From assembly GCA_963719035.1 (NCBI GenBank), contig CAVRAO010000002.1, positions 608,001 to 672,000 on the forward strand: 64,000 bases of DNA. Reading direction: 5' to 3'. Within the stretch, counting starts at the first letter, position 1; each line of letters begins with the position of its first letter. The notes beneath the pieces were generated by a model. The model worked only from the letters and a program-made list of their open reading frames with translations, ran no database searches and had not been told where the DNA came from. The position numbers were made by a program, and so were the translations under genes. The stretch is from Methanobacteriota archaeon. GTDB lineage: Archaea > Halobacteriota > Bog-38 > Methanoflorentales > Methanoflorentaceae. Positions 32,724 to 44,111 of the stretch are shown piece by piece.

Positions 32724-33365
32724 TCAAGCAGATTCTGATGACGCTGCTTTTAGCTTGATCTTCTTTAACCGGAAGATGTTTTCGCGTTCCATTTCCTCGA
32801 GCCTGAAGACAATGAACGCTTCTGCCTCTTTTAAGTCTGGAATAACGCGAAACTCTAGAGCGTTCACGCGACGCTTAATCCGCTCAATCTCCATCAGCAA
32901 CCGCTTAACCGCAGTCTCAACTTCGGCGGCTCGTATCACTTTATCCAAAAGCTCCTCATAAGCTGCTGCCGCCTCGTCAATGGCGGATGATGTCCCGATT
33001 ATCCCGTACCCTCGCTCATCAATGCTTTGACTGATGGCAGTGGATTCTATTTCTGGAACGACGACGCCCATCAGACTTCTGCTCGTTAGAGTGACCTCAG
33101 GCTTATGCTTTAGAGCAAACGCAGCAGAATAGACTTCGATGACGCCTTCGACCATTTTTGCAACGTCGATCTTCTCTTTCGCGATCTTATACGTGTTCGC
33201 CAGATCCATACTCGCATCTTTGGCCTTTTCAAGAACGTCAAAGAATTCCAGAATGAGCCCGTCCCGCTTCATCTTCAGTAGGTTATACCCAGATTCCGAC
33301 AAAGTGATCTTCTTTTTAATCTCGAGGAGTTCCGACCGAGTTGGTTTTACGTCCCTTAAGGCCAT
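32724..33365 (-). CDS. atpD: A-type ATP synthase subunit D, operon 2
   Basis: VKPTRSEL, LLKMKRDGL, KRRVNALEF. Confidence 0.95.
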   Translation of the reverse strand: MALRDVKPTRSELLEIKKKITLSESGYNLLKMKRDGLILEFFDVLEKAKDASMDLANTYKIAKEKIDVAKMVEGVIEVYSAAFALKHKPEVTLTSRSLMGVVVPEIESTAISQSIDERGYGIIGTSSAIDEAAAAYEELLDKVIRAAEVETAVKRLLMEIERIKRRVNALEFRVIPDLKEAEAFIVFRLEEMERENIFRLKKIKLKAASSESA

Positions 33366-33438
33366 GTGTTCTCCGTTTCGAATGTGCTATGGAGCTACGC
33401 GTACTCTAAATTTGCTATTAGGATGCGATACACCCCGG

Positions 33439-34845
33439 TTAAGAAGCTGCCGGCACTGGCTCCTCTGTTTGTTTCGCAACGTGCGCCGGGTGATATTTCT
33501 CAATGAGCTTCCTGTCAATTCGAGTCAATTGTGCCTCAGGGAGCGCCGCAAGCAAATTCCAACCGAGCTGGAGGGTGTCCTCAATGCCCCGATCTTCCTC
33601 GTAGCCTTGGCGCACGAATCTATCTTCAAAGGCATCTGCAAACTCGAGGAACGTTTTATCGCGGTCTGAGAGCGACTCCTTCCCAACAATTGCAACAAGT
33701 CCTCGTAGATCCTTACCTTCGGCATATACTGCATAAAGCTGATCCGAAACAGCCTTGTGATCTTCTCGCGTTTTTCCCGGCCCTATGCCCGAGTTCATAA
33801 GGCGTGAGAGTGAGGGAAGGACGTTAACAGGCGGATAAATGCCCCGACGATGCAACTCCCGCGAGATCACAAACTGCCCTTCCGTTATGTAGCCAGTAAG
33901 GTCAGGGATTGGATGGGTGATATCGTCGCCAGGCATGGTTAAGATCGGGATTTGTGTAATCGAGCCGATCTTCCCTCGGATCCTCCCCGCCCGTTCATAA
34001 ATTGACGCAAGATCGGTATACATATATCCAGGATAGCCGCGGCGGCCCGGCACCTCCTCGCGCGCGGCACCGATCTGCCGCAGCGCTTCGCAATAGTTCG
34101 TCATGTCGGTGAGGATAACGAGCACGTGCATGTTGTGCTCAAAAGCAAGATACTCAGCCGTTGTGAGCGCAAGCTTTGGGGTGATTAACCGTTCAATGGC
34201 CGGGTCGTCTGCTAAGTTTAAGAATACAACGGCCCGTTCGAGTGCGCCTGTTCTCTCAAAGTCATTCATAAAGTGTTGCGCTTCTTCAGCAGTAATCCCC
34301 ATAGCAACGAAAATGACCGCAAAGGCTTCTTCTGCGCCCAATACCTTAGCCTGCCGAGCGATTTGCAGGGCCAAATCATTATGCGGAAGGCCTGATCCGG
34401 AAAAGATGGGCAGTTTTTGACCTCTAACGAGGGTATTCATACCGTCTATCGTGGAAACGCCGGTTTGGATGAACTCAGACGGATTATCTCGAGCGTATGG
34501 GTTAATGGCTGCGCCTGTGATGTCGAGTCGCTTTTCAGGCACGATTTCTGGCCCACCGTCAAGCGGTTGACCTGATCCTGAAAGTATTCGGCCGAGTATT
34601 TCCTTTGATACGGGCATTTTGATGACTTCACCGGTAAACCGTATCCGCGAGTGGGTATCAATCCCCGCAGTTGTTTCGAACACTTGAATTGCCACCAACT
34701 TTTCGGACGTATCAAGAACCTGACCTCTTTTAACCGTTCCGTCGTCTAGAATGACGTTGACAAGCTCCATATACCCAACCGGCTCTGTTTTCTCAACGAA
34801 AACGAGGGGCCCCGCAATGGACGTTATTGTTCGATATTCTTTCAT
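33439..34845 (-). CDS. atpB: A-type ATP synthase subunit B, operon 2
   Basis: [41 protein letters not shown]. Confidence 0.97.
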   Translation of the reverse strand: MKEYRTITSIAGPLVFVEKTEPVGYMELVNVILDDGTVKRGQVLDTSEKLVAIQVFETTAGIDTHSRIRFTGEVIKMPVSKEILGRILSGSGQPLDGGPEIVPEKRLDITGAAINPYARDNPSEFIQTGVSTIDGMNTLVRGQKLPIFSGSGLPHNDLALQIARQAKVLGAEEAFAVIFVAMGITAEEAQHFMNDFERTGALERAVVFLNLADDPAIERLITPKLALTTAEYLAFEHNMHVLVILTDMTNYCEALRQIGAAREEVPGRRGYPGYMYTDLASIYERAGRIRGKIGSITQIPILTMPGDDITHPIPDLTGYITEGQFVISRELHRRGIYPPVNVLPSLSRLMNSGIGPGKTREDHKAVSDQLYAVYAEGKDLRGLVAIVGKESLSDRDKTFLEFADAFEDRFVRQGYEEDRGIEDTLQLGWNLLAALPEAQLTRIDRKLIEKYHPAHVAKQTEEPVPAAS

Positions 34846-34856
34846 TTTTTCCTCCC

Positions 34857-36584
34857 CTATGCCAGTTCCGCACGCATGGCCGTTTCAATCGCTTCCAGCT
34901 TTGCCCCGTATTCTTCTTCAAATTTTATCTGTGCCAGTTCTGCTTTTGCAGGGACGTTGACGATCTCATCGACTAATCTTCCCATGTTAAGAGCTTTTCT
35001 CGCGAGGTCGTCATAAACCATAATAGCTGCCAGCATATCGTGTTGCTTTTGAAGCGGACAGTAGGTATCAACCGCATGATAGGCGTTCTGCTGCAAAAAG
35101 TACTCTCGAATCATCCGCGCAACCTCAAGTGTTAATTGCTCATCATCGGGGAGGGCATCGGATCCCACAAGTTGTACGACTTCCTGCAACTCGCTTTCTT
35201 TCTGAAGAATTGCCATCGCTCGCATTCTCAGCTCTTCCCAGTCCCCCGCCACGTGACTGACAAACCAGTCTGTAAGGTTTTTCGTGTAGAGGCTGTAAGA
35301 GTCCAACCAATTGATGGAGGGGAAATGTCGCCGTTGTGAGAGCTTGCTATCAAGAGCCCAAAAGACCTTTGCTATCCTGAGTGTGTTTTGGGTCACGGGC
35401 TCTGAGAAATCGCCTCCGGGGGGGCTAACCGCCCCGATAACGGTGATTGATCCTTCGTCACCGCCGAGCGTCTTAACGCGCCCAGCCCGCTCATAAAATT
35501 CTGAAAGCCGCGCAGCAAGATAAGCAGGATATCCCTCTTCGCCGGGCATTTCTTCTAGACGAGAAGAGATCTCACGCATCGCTTCGGCCCAACGTGACGT
35601 TGAGTCCGCCATAAGCGAGACGTCATATCCCATGTCGCGGAAATACTCGGCTATAGTCACACCTGTGTAAACGGACGCTTCACGCGCTGCAACTGGCATG
35701 TTGGACGTATTCGCTACAAGCACCGTTCGATCCATAAGTGGCGCATTTGTTTGGGGGTCTTCGAGCTCTGGAAATTCTGTAAGCACGTCTGCCATCTCGT
35801 TACCTCGCTCTCCACAGCCGATATACACTACTATCTGTGTATCTGACCATTTCGCGAGTTGTTGCTGAGCAACCGTCTTTCCAGAACCAAACGGCCCAGG
35901 GATAGCTGCGGTTCCACCTTTTGCTACAGGGAACAGGGCGTCGAGAATGCGTTGCCCAGTAATAAGCGGGATATCAGGCATCAGCTTCTCAACAGAGGGT
36001 CGTGACACGCGGACAGGCCATTCCTGCATCAGCTTAAGTTCTGTTCCGTCATCAAGTGTGCAGATTACATCATCCACTGTGTGTTCGCCTGACTCGATGC
36101 TTGTTATCGTTCCCCTCTTGCCAGGCGGAACCATAATCTTGTGTTTTAGGTTGGCGGTCTCTTGCACGTACCCGATAGCTTGCCCTCCTCGAACTTCCTC
36201 GCCCTTTTTCGCCTCAGGCACGAAATTCCACTTCTTCGCGTGATCGAGTCCCGCAGCAGCAACCCCCCTCTCGATGAAGTCGCCCAGCTGAGCGTTCAAA
36301 ACCGGAAGTGGTCGTTGGATGCCATCATAAATTGAACTTAACAGACCAGGCCCGAGCTCAACCGACAGAGGGAGGCCCGTGTTTTCAACGGGTTCCCCAG
36401 GCCTTAGGCCTGACGTGTCTTCATAAACTTGAATGATGAATTTATCGCGGTCGATCTCAATTACCTCCCCCAGCAAGCCCTCATTACCGACCTTCACAAG
36501 GTCATACATTTTTGCTTCAATCCCAATGGCGGTAACGACGGGTCCTGCAACCCTATAAATCCTCCCCTTTTGTTCTACTTCCAC
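34857..36584 (-). CDS. atpA: A-type ATP synthase subunit A, operon 2
   Basis: [27 protein letters not shown]. Confidence 0.97.
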   Translation of the reverse strand: MEVEQKGRIYRVAGPVVTAIGIEAKMYDLVKVGNEGLLGEVIEIDRDKFIIQVYEDTSGLRPGEPVENTGLPLSVELGPGLLSSIYDGIQRPLPVLNAQLGDFIERGVAAAGLDHAKKWNFVPEAKKGEEVRGGQAIGYVQETANLKHKIMVPPGKRGTITSIESGEHTVDDVICTLDDGTELKLMQEWPVRVSRPSVEKLMPDIPLITGQRILDALFPVAKGGTAAIPGPFGSGKTVAQQQLAKWSDTQIVVYIGCGERGNEMADVLTEFPELEDPQTNAPLMDRTVLVANTSNMPVAAREASVYTGVTIAEYFRDMGYDVSLMADSTSRWAEAMREISSRLEEMPGEEGYPAYLAARLSEFYERAGRVKTLGGDEGSITVIGAVSPPGGDFSEPVTQNTLRIAKVFWALDSKLSQRRHFPSINWLDSYSLYTKNLTDWFVSHVAGDWEELRMRAMAILQKESELQEVVQLVGSDALPDDEQLTLEVARMIREYFLQQNAYHAVDTYCPLQKQHDMLAAIMVYDDLARKALNMGRLVDEIVNVPAKAELAQIKFEEEYGAKLEAIETAMRAELA

Positions 36585-36886
36585 AAGTCAACACCTACAG
36601 ATCGCTTAATCTTCTCTCTTAGATGAGTACGTTCATCTGCCGCTCCACCAATCGAGATGACGGTCGGCTCGACCGAATCGTCCAAAGCTATGCGCAAGGG
36701 CGCCGACAGCTTTTCAACGTCGTCGCTGTTCATGATCAAAATCCCGATATCCTCTTCTTTTAAAAGCTCCTTAAGTGTCGGCTCTAAGTCAGCGTCGGTG
36801 GTGATAAACGTTTTTCGCACGCCAGCCAACAAAAAGCCAGTCACAAAATCGGCACTGCCAACAACTGCAACTTCCACGCGAATCAC
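36575..36886 (-). CDS. atpF: A-type ATP synthase subunit F, operon 2
   Basis: [30 protein letters not shown]. Confidence 0.93.
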   Translation of the reverse strand: MIRVEVAVVGSADFVTGFLLAGVRKTFITTDADLEPTLKELLKEEDIGILIMNSDDVEKLSAPLRIALDDSVEPTVISIGGAADERTHLREKIKRSVGVDLWK

Positions 36887-36916
36887 CGCAAAGTTTTATG
36901 TCCAGAATCGTGTTTG

Positions 36917-37978
36917 CTAAAGAATCAAATGGTCTTTAATGATGGCTTCCGGAAGTCCTGCCTCTTTTCCTCGAGCGATGGCCTGGATGTTTGTGACTTC
37001 CGTGTCCTTGCTTAACATATACCCAAGCATCGGGAGCACCGTTAGCGGATGAAACGTTGAGGTTTTCCAAACATGCTCGTTCAAGAATTTATCTAACCGC
37101 AGTTCGATCTTGCTCAGCGATTCCACTCGGTCAGTGATGATGTCGGAGATGGCGCCCCAATACGGGTATTTATTAAGTAGTGTGACAAATTCCTCGAAGG
37201 GCGCGCTTACCAATTTTTCAATGTCTTGATCGGTGAGGTAGAGACCATTAGGTATGATATATTCGAGTGCTCTTGTGCCAGAAATGCCTGCATTTCTCAA
37301 CCTGAACATAGTTTTCAAGTTGGCAACGTCGATCTCCATCTGAACAACGCGCAAATAAAGCGAGGAGCCCGTTATCCGTGAGACAATTTCAACCATCCTC
37401 ACGTAATAAAACTTGTCGAGCGCATCTTCCAGCTTCATCAAAGACTCGGAATAGTCGATGTCTTTAATGATCTCATAGTACACCGTTCCCTTAAGGGCCG
37501 CGATGACCTCGTCAACATGTGGTTTCCTTGCGAGACTCTGCAAAAAATCGAGGGAGAGCTCACCGCTAGGGACGAGCACCCTTAGTACCTCCTCTTCTGA
37601 GGCGCCGTAAAGTTTTCCTCTTAATATGGTTTTGATTTCTCGTATGTCCCAGCGTCTCAGATATTCCACTATTAATTCGTGAGGTTCGCCCATCGTCATC
37701 TCAGTGAGCTTAACGAATGTTCGAGCCAAATTGAGATGAGTGGCAAACTCGATCAGGTCGACACCCGAGTGTTGACGTGCGAGCTCATCGACTTCAGCCT
37801 TGTACTCTGACTCCTCAATAAAGCGCGCTAATTCAGGAAGCGCCATCACGAGCATTTTTGTGTAGGTCTCCGGCGGAAAGAGCTTGACCTTCATTGCATG
37901 CACTCGTGCAGAGCTGTATGCGTATCTCGCTTTGCGCGATGACCCTGAGTATCTGCGCTTTTTTGTCGGCGCTTTCAT
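36917..37978 (-). CDS. atpC: A-type ATP synthase subunit C, operon 2
   Basis: YAY..ARVHAMK, WDIREIKTILRGK, EVTNIQAIARGK. Confidence 0.93.
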   Translation of the reverse strand: MKAPTKKRRYSGSSRKARYAYSSARVHAMKVKLFPPETYTKMLVMALPELARFIEESEYKAEVDELARQHSGVDLIEFATHLNLARTFVKLTEMTMGEPHELIVEYLRRWDIREIKTILRGKLYGASEEEVLRVLVPSGELSLDFLQSLARKPHVDEVIAALKGTVYYEIIKDIDYSESLMKLEDALDKFYYVRMVEIVSRITGSSLYLRVVQMEIDVANLKTMFRLRNAGISGTRALEYIIPNGLYLTDQDIEKLVSAPFEEFVTLLNKYPYWGAISDIITDRVESLSKIELRLDKFLNEHVWKTSTFHPLTVLPMLGYMLSKDTEVTNIQAIARGKEAGLPEAIIKDHLIL

Positions 37979-37984
37979 TCGTCC

Positions 37985-38533
37985 TCACACGCTTAAAATC
38001 TGCAAGAGCTGTTTCAAAGACCTGTCTCGCACGTTCTTGAGAATCGAATCAAATGTCAGGTCGCGTAATACCGTACCATCCTCGTTTTCTAATATTACCC
38101 CGCCCGAACACGGAATTGTACCACCGTATTCCAAGCTGCTAATTCGCTTGACCAAAGACTCGTCGTTTTCGTTCGAAAAAACCCGGGTAGAGTCTGTCTG
38201 CGATTCCAGAAGCTTTTTGATAATTTCCTCTCGTTCTGATTCGGGAAGTGTAGCTAGCTTCTCGATCGCTTCGTCGTATACTCGATCAAGCAAGTCCTTC
38301 TTTGCATTCAGAAGAGCTCGCTTAACCTCGAGATTCGCACTTGAGATCTCTCTGTTTTTCCGACGTTCAATTTGCTCGGTCGTCTGCTCACGTTTTTCTT
38401 CACGGATCTGACGTGCCGTTTTTTCGGCGCCCGCGATTATCGCGTTCGCCTCATCAATCCCTTCTTGTCTGATGCGATTCGCTTCCTCCTCCCCTCGCGT
38501 TAGAACGTCTTTAACGACGACTTCCAAGCCCAT
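37985..38533 (-). CDS. atpE: A-type ATP synthase subunit E, operon 2
   Basis: MGLEVVV, GGVILENEDG..RDLTFD. Confidence 0.92.
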   Translation of the reverse strand: MGLEVVVKDVLTRGEEEANRIRQEGIDEANAIIAGAEKTARQIREEKREQTTEQIERRKNREISSANLEVKRALLNAKKDLLDRVYDEAIEKLATLPESEREEIIKKLLESQTDSTRVFSNENDESLVKRISSLEYGGTIPCSGGVILENEDGTVLRDLTFDSILKNVRDRSLKQLLQILSV

Positions 38534-38539
38534 ACGTCC

Positions 38540-38782
38540 TCAACCTAAGGAAGGTAGGGTTACAAACAGCAATATCAAGGCCACAACAAGCCCGAAGATG
38601 ACGATAGACTCCGGAATGACGGTCATAACCAGACCCCTCCCAAAGAAGCCCTCATCTTCCGCCATTACTCCTATGGCTGCTGATCCGATAACTTGCTCGC
38701 CCAAGGCGGCTGCGATTCCCGTTGCGCTGACCGCTATCGCTGCGGATAGTGCGACCAGCCCTGCTCCTATTGGATCTACCAT
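38540..38782 (-). CDS. atpK: A-type ATP synthase proteolipid subunit K (c), operon 2
   Basis: MVDPIGAG...GEQVIGSAAIGVMAE...VIPESIVIFGLVVAL. ATG at 38782 follows GGAGG. Confidence 0.93.
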   Translation of the reverse strand: MVDPIGAGLVALSAAIAVSATGIAAALGEQVIGSAAIGVMAEDEGFFGRGLVMTVIPESIVIFGLVVALILLFVTLPSLG

Positions 38783-38783
38783 T

Positions 38784-40694
38784 TTATTTTTCCTCCGTAT
38801 ACTTTCTCTCAAAACCGAATGGTTTGTACTTAACACCGCCTCCACGATAGAATTTCGTGAAGAATTCAACATAATGTAATCTCAACGCCTGCAATCCCGA
38901 ATCCAAAATTCCCAACGCCGTATTGATTCCGTGACCGGCAATCAGCAAGACTACACCAAAAATGACAAAAATGCCTCCTTTCGAAAAAAATAGCGCGTCA
39001 GATAGCTTGTTTACAGCAAGGGCGATACCTGTAGAAGATACACCTATAGAGAGCAATCGCGAGTACGATAGCACGTTAGATAGAAGCGTCGGGAGCTCAG
39101 TAAGACCGATCATGCCCTCACCCATTATCAAGAAGATAAAGCCAACAACCGCGACGACCAGCCCTGCGCCCAATCCTAAAGAGAGTTGAATACCGGTGCC
39201 AGATGAAAGCGCCGGCAAGATGAGTGCGACGACTACGGCCCCACCCCAGAGCATGAAAATCCAGCTCACCTTTGCAAAGACTGCATGCTTCAACCCATGT
39301 TGTTTGTATTCATTAACAAATCCCAGAACGTACCCAAGCGTTAGCATCAGTAAGCCGATGATAAAGGTTGCGATTAGCAGATTTAACACGTTTTCCAAAC
39401 GCGGAACCCCATAATACTCAATGGATGTAAGTAACCCCTTGTGCCCAAAAGCTTCGACCCCAAAGAACTCGTTGAAAATGAGCCCGAAAATAACTGAGAA
39501 AACGCCCGCGTAAACGCCAATTATTGCTAGATCGCGCATTCCCTGAGATTTGACTCGTCGACTTACTAAGAGACCGAGAGCAATTACAATCCAGCCGTAA
39601 CCGACGTCGCCCAACATTAAGCCGAAGAGAGCCGGGTACATAAACGTCATTAACTTCGTTGGATCGATCTCGTTATACCTAGGTATAGAGAAAGCCCTTA
39701 TGAGAACCTCAAGCGGACGTGAAGGCAGAGGATTTTTGAGCGCTACGGGGACTTTTTCTACATCAGCAACTTCAGAACTGTCAGCAGCGACGATAATGTG
39801 GCCGTTTGTTGCGCCGTCCAGATCGCTTTGGATCAATCCGAGATCCTTCGTTGGGATCCACCCTTCCACAATGAACGCATTTTTGGTGGTGGCGAACCGT
39901 AGCGGGGCTTCTGCCTTTTGCGTTTCTATTGAAAGGTATTCATCTGAGGCGAGTATATACTCGATGTGCTTCTGGCGGAGGTCGGCCAGATCCCCCTCGC
40001 TCTTTTGCTTTTCAGATTGAAGATCGGTGAGCTGAGCATCCAGATCGACGATTATATCCTTTGGAATGCCCTCACCTTTAGGGAGTGGGAGGGCTGCATA
40101 GCCCTGCTCCTGTAAGCGTTTAAGAACGTCATCCTCGAATTCCCGAGGAATAAAAAGAGAGATCGCGTGTCCCCGCCCATATAGGGCGGTTTCTAGCTCA
40201 TAGTCATTAGCAATGTCGCTGATGAGTGGTGACCCTTTTAACGTCCCGACGAACACCGCGAGCGATTGGTACCCTGTATATAGTTCTAAGGGTAGGTCGA
40301 AACTCTTGAGAGGCTCAAGCAACCGCTTTTTGTCCTTGATGTCTTTAATCTTGGATTCTATTTCGCTGAGTCTTTCCGTCACTTGTGTGACTTCAACGTC
40401 AAGTTGCTCAGTTTTCGCATCGATCGTATCGATTATGGCCCCTTCCGGGTACTTGTTGGGAATGTCTTCTTTGCCTTTAATGCTGAGATAACTAGCTAGA
40501 GAACGTAGAGAGACTGCACGCTCTGAAAGCTTGGTGATACTCTCGTGCGGCTTGCCGATTTTGAAATCTTCATCTTCATCAACGAAGTCAGCAATGTGAA
40601 CGACATCATGCTTGTGCATCACATCAATAGCGATGTTTATATAGTCTTTAGATCCTGCAATGATGACTCTCGTCATCGGTTGCGGCTCAAACAT
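38784..40694 (-). CDS. atpI: A-type ATP synthase subunit I (a), operon 2
   Basis: EGWIP, YNEIDPT, FGLMLGDVGYG, LSYSRL, LRLHYVEFFTKF. Confidence 0.95.
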   Translation of the reverse strand: MFEPQPMTRVIIAGSKDYINIAIDVMHKHDVVHIADFVDEDEDFKIGKPHESITKLSERAVSLRSLASYLSIKGKEDIPNKYPEGAIIDTIDAKTEQLDVEVTQVTERLSEIESKIKDIKDKKRLLEPLKSFDLPLELYTGYQSLAVFVGTLKGSPLISDIANDYELETALYGRGHAISLFIPREFEDDVLKRLQEQGYAALPLPKGEGIPKDIIVDLDAQLTDLQSEKQKSEGDLADLRQKHIEYILASDEYLSIETQKAEAPLRFATTKNAFIVEGWIPTKDLGLIQSDLDGATNGHIIVAADSSEVADVEKVPVALKNPLPSRPLEVLIRAFSIPRYNEIDPTKLMTFMYPALFGLMLGDVGYGWIVIALGLLVSRRVKSQGMRDLAIIGVYAGVFSVIFGLIFNEFFGVEAFGHKGLLTSIEYYGVPRLENVLNLLIATFIIGLLMLTLGYVLGFVNEYKQHGLKHAVFAKVSWIFMLWGGAVVVALILPALSSGTGIQLSLGLGAGLVVAVVGFIFLIMGEGMIGLTELPTLLSNVLSYSRLLSIGVSSTGIALAVNKLSDALFFSKGGIFVIFGVVLLIAGHGINTALGILDSGLQALRLHYVEFFTKFYRGGGVKYKPFGFERKYTEEK

Positions 40695-41010
40695 GATATG
40701 TCCTCTTAAACTCCTCAACTAAATAAGAGAGCGCTTCAGCGTGCTTTTTCTCTGCGCGCTCTTTGACGCTTAAAATATCTGCCTGTCCTGCGTCGTGGAT
40801 TTCTTGCTTAGCCTTACTTATTTCTGCGTTGGCGCTCGCATTTAAATCGTCTGCTATCCTGCTCGCTTCTTGCTGTGCGGCATCGATAATTTCAAACGAT
40901 TTCTTTTTTGCATCCTCAATAGTGGCCTCTTTTTGGGTCTGCGCTTCGTCGATCATACGCTGGGCTTCTGCTTCAGCAGCCTTAATCTCAGACAATATCT
41001 CTGACTTCAT
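40687..41010 (-). CDS. atpH: A-type ATP synthase subunit H, operon 2
   Basis: MKSEILSEIKAAE coiled coil, first gene of the operon. Confidence 0.88.
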   Translation of the reverse strand: MKSEILSEIKAAEAEAQRMIDEAQTQKEATIEDAKKKSFEIIDAAQQEASRIADDLNASANAEISKAKQEIHDAGQADILSVKERAEKKHAEALSYLVEEFKRTYHV

Positions 41011-41131
41011 GTGACCAAACCCATGCCGGTATAATAAAAAGGGATGTATTTAAGCTTTAGGAAAAGTTGAGCCACACCCTAAGCAACTTATAAGCTTAAA
41101 TTGACAAACCATCCCATCAGCACGTTCAGTT

Positions 41132-41914
41132 TTACGCCTTCAAATAATCCGCGGCATATATATCTTTGTTTAGCAGCACGTCGCACGTTTTTATCGTGTC
41201 TATTAAGTCTCTGTCCTCTGTGTTTATTATTGCTGATGAAAGACCGGCGCCAATAAGCATGGCTAAAAACGTTCTTTCTATAAGCCGCGGTTTCTTGGTG
41301 TCGTGCGAGATGTTGCTGAGGCCAACGGTCGTCTTTAGCACGGACGCGGGACTGGTAAGCAGTCCAATTCGCCGCACCGCTTCAACGACTGCCGGTGCCT
41401 GATCTTGCGCTGTGCTCACCGGTAGGCACACTGGATCAACGTACAGCTTCTCGACGCCGATCCCATGCTCGCAGGCGCTTCCGACGATTATCGCCGCCCG
41501 TTCTACTCGCTTGTCTACGTCGCCAAGGATGAATTTCTCGTCCATCGTCATGCAAATAATCTCTGAATCGTATTCTGCAGCAAGTGGAAAAAGCGTCGTC
41601 ATCTTCTCCTGTTCAGCGGAGATCGAATTGATCATAGATCTTCCTTTAACCTCGCTAATGCCTGCTTTCATCACATCGAGTTTCGGAGTATCGACCGAAA
41701 GCGTAACATCGACCACATCTTGCACTGTCGTCACTAGCCATTTCATTAGCTCAACTGCGTCGCTTTTGCCAAGCCCAACGTTAAGGTCAATGATTTGTGC
41801 CCCCACGTCGACTTGGCGAATTGCTAGATCCTGAACGGCTTTTGTGTCTCGTCTATCGATGATGGCCCCCACAGTTTTTGAGTAGCCGTTGATGTTGCCA
41901 CCAATAATTATCAT
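41132..41914 (-). CDS. acsE: Methyl-pterin:corrinoid/FeS protein methyltransferase AcsE
   Basis: MIIIGGNING, IIDLNVG, LSVDT, MINS, LYVDP, GLSNIS pterin-binding TIM barrel. Probable start is ATG 41914; the ORF-track extension is antisense to acsV. Confidence 0.9.
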   Translation of the reverse strand: MIIIGGNINGYSKTVGAIIDRRDTKAVQDLAIRQVDVGAQIIDLNVGLGKSDAVELMKWLVTTVQDVVDVTLSVDTPKLDVMKAGISEVKGRSMINSISAEQEKMTTLFPLAAEYDSEIICMTMDEKFILGDVDKRVERAAIIVGSACEHGIGVEKLYVDPVCLPVSTAQDQAPAVVEAVRRIGLLTSPASVLKTTVGLSNISHDTKKPRLIERTFLAMLIGAGLSSAIINTEDRDLIDTIKTCDVLLNKDIYAADYLKA

Positions 41915-42071
41915 GGGTATCCCTGCTGCTCCAGCGCAAGTGATTAAATGTGTGTTACACATTAACGCTTTCGGATGAGCGCGTACGAAGCTAGCCTTCT
42001 CGCAACCTATATATAAAAACATAGTATATAACGACACGTCTTTTGAACATATGTGAGGCTTTTGGGGCAAT

Positions 42072-43943
42072 TTGAAGAAAGAATTCAAGGTTGTTTTTAA
42101 ACCTGATAACAAAACCGTCAAGGTTGAAAGCGGAACTACCGTACTTGATGCAGCCACGAGCTCTGACATCTATATCGACAGCATCTGCGGAGGGCGGGGC
42201 AAATGCGGTAAGTGCAAGGTCCTCATCGACGGAAACGTCCAGAGCGACGAAACTGACCTCCTAACTGCTGAAGAAAAAGCGCACGGCTATTTTTTAGCAT
42301 GTTTAGCGCGAGTCACTGGCAATTTAAAAGTGACCGTACCGAAAGAAAGCAGAGTGGAGTCACATCAAATACTGATGAAAAGCGTGATCGCGCCCTTGCC
42401 AGCGATTGCTCCGCCGGTGCTGAAGGTACCGCTTTCCCTCACTCCCCCGTCATTGGCCGATTACGTGAGCGACCTCGACAGAGTGACGCACGCGCTGCGC
42501 AATCACGATATGGGGCACGTCACGATCGGACTGCCGACCTTAAAGAAGTTAAGCAAGGTACTCCGAGACAACCAGTGGAACGTCAACGTGACGCTGATGG
42601 ATCTCTGGGACAGAAAAGAGATTATCGACATCGGCCCGCCCTCAGACAACGATCTAATCGGGATCGCGGTGGACATAGGCACTACGACGATCGTCGTCGA
42701 GTTAGTGGATTTGACCTCTGGCAAGGTGATTGACGCGCGATCCGACTATAACAAGCAAGTCGTTTACGGCGAGGATGTCCTTTCACGAGTGATGTACACA
42801 GAGGAGCACGAAGATGGCCTCCAGAAGCTAACGAGCACAATTAGATACGGTATCAACGACCTCATACGAGAGCTCGTCATCGAAAATAACATGCGATACG
42901 AAAAGATTTGCCGCGCAGTCCTTTCAGGTAATACCGTTATGATGCACCTTTTTTATGGGTTGGATCCCAAGTACATACGCCACGAGCCGTATATCCCAGT
43001 GATGTCCTTCGTTCCCCAGATGAAGGCAGTTAAGCTCGGGCTGAGCGTCAACCCAAACGCGTATATCTATGCGCTTCCGTGCCGAAGCAGCTACGTCGGT
43101 GGCGACGTCACAGCTGATGTCATTGCGTCAGGAATGAACGACAATAAGGACGTGTCACTGCTAATCGACGTCGGCACCAACGGCGAGGTCGTGCTAGGAA
43201 ATAATTCTTTCCTCGTGTCGTGCTCTTGTTCAGCGGGTCCGGCCTTTGAAGGCGGGGAAGTGGAGTTCGGCGTACGCGCGATGAACGGCGCAATTGAGCG
43301 CGTGTGGATCAACAACGGCCTAGTAGAGTACTCGACCATTGGCAACGCAAAGGCAAAGGGCATTTGTGGATCCGGCCTTATCGAACTCATCGCAGAGCTT
43401 TTCAGTAACGGCGTAATTGACCGAACGGGGAAAATTCAGCTGGACAATAACAGCGTCAGGACTGAGATCGGAAGCAACGGCAACCAGTTCGTTGTGGCTT
43501 TCAAAGAAGATACAGCCATCGATAAAAACATAGTGATGACCGATGTAGATATTCAGAATATATTACGAACGAAGGCCGCTGTCTACGCGAGCTGTAGCGT
43601 GCTGCTCAAAACGTTTAGCTACCAATTTAGTGACCTTAGCAACGTCTTCATCGCGGGGAGTTTCGGCAACTACCTCGACGTGAAGAAAGCAATAACGATT
43701 GGATTGCTGCCTGATCTTTCGCTTGATAAGTTTAAGTTTATCGGCAATGGGGCCCTTGGCGGGGCACGAATGGTTTTACTGTCACGAGATCTGCAAGACA
43801 AAGCGGCAGAAATTGTTGAAAATATGACACACATCGAGTTGAGCGTCAGCAGCATGTTCTTTAAAGAGTTTACCTCATCATTGTTCATTCCTCACACGGA
43901 ACTTGATCAGTTTCCCCACGTTTCCAAACGAGGTTATACTTAA
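42072..43943 (+). CDS. acsV: Corrinoid reductive activator (RACo/AcsV; [2Fe-2S] + ASKHA ATPase)
   Basis: CGGRGKCGKC...LAC, DIGTTT, YGEDVLSR, DVGTNGE, AGPAFEG, GICGSG. Confidence 0.92.
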   Translation: MKKEFKVVFKPDNKTVKVESGTTVLDAATSSDIYIDSICGGRGKCGKCKVLIDGNVQSDETDLLTAEEKAHGYFLACLARVTGNLKVTVPKESRVESHQILMKSVIAPLPAIAPPVLKVPLSLTPPSLADYVSDLDRVTHALRNHDMGHVTIGLPTLKKLSKVLRDNQWNVNVTLMDLWDRKEIIDIGPPSDNDLIGIAVDIGTTTIVVELVDLTSGKVIDARSDYNKQVVYGEDVLSRVMYTEEHEDGLQKLTSTIRYGINDLIRELVIENNMRYEKICRAVLSGNTVMMHLFYGLDPKYIRHEPYIPVMSFVPQMKAVKLGLSVNPNAYIYALPCRSSYVGGDVTADVIASGMNDNKDVSLLIDVGTNGEVVLGNNSFLVSCSCSAGPAFEGGEVEFGVRAMNGAIERVWINNGLVEYSTIGNAKAKGICGSGLIELIAELFSNGVIDRTGKIQLDNNSVRTEIGSNGNQFVVAFKEDTAIDKNIVMTDVDIQNILRTKAAVYASCSVLLKTFSYQFSDLSNVFIAGSFGNYLDVKKAITIGLLPDLSLDKFKFIGNGALGGARMVLLSRDLQDKAAEIVENMTHIELSVSSMFFKEFTSSLFIPHTELDQFPHVSKRGYT

Positions 43944-44111
43944 AGGCTCAAGTGCAGTCAGGTTATTATTTACCCTGTTTCTAGCAGTAATCCTGTAGAC
44001 GGAAGACTTGTGAGAGTGCGTTTCTGCTTCTGAGCTGTAACGAGGGCGTGCAATTTTAAGTAGCATAGCAGAGTAATTTTAGGTAGTGGAGCGTACAGTA
44101 CGGAAAACAGC

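Noticed and set aside
41915-42169. N-terminal extension of AcsE shown in the ORF track
   Set aside because: It overlaps acsV on the opposite strand and the divergent promoter. The homologous start is MIIIG at 41914.
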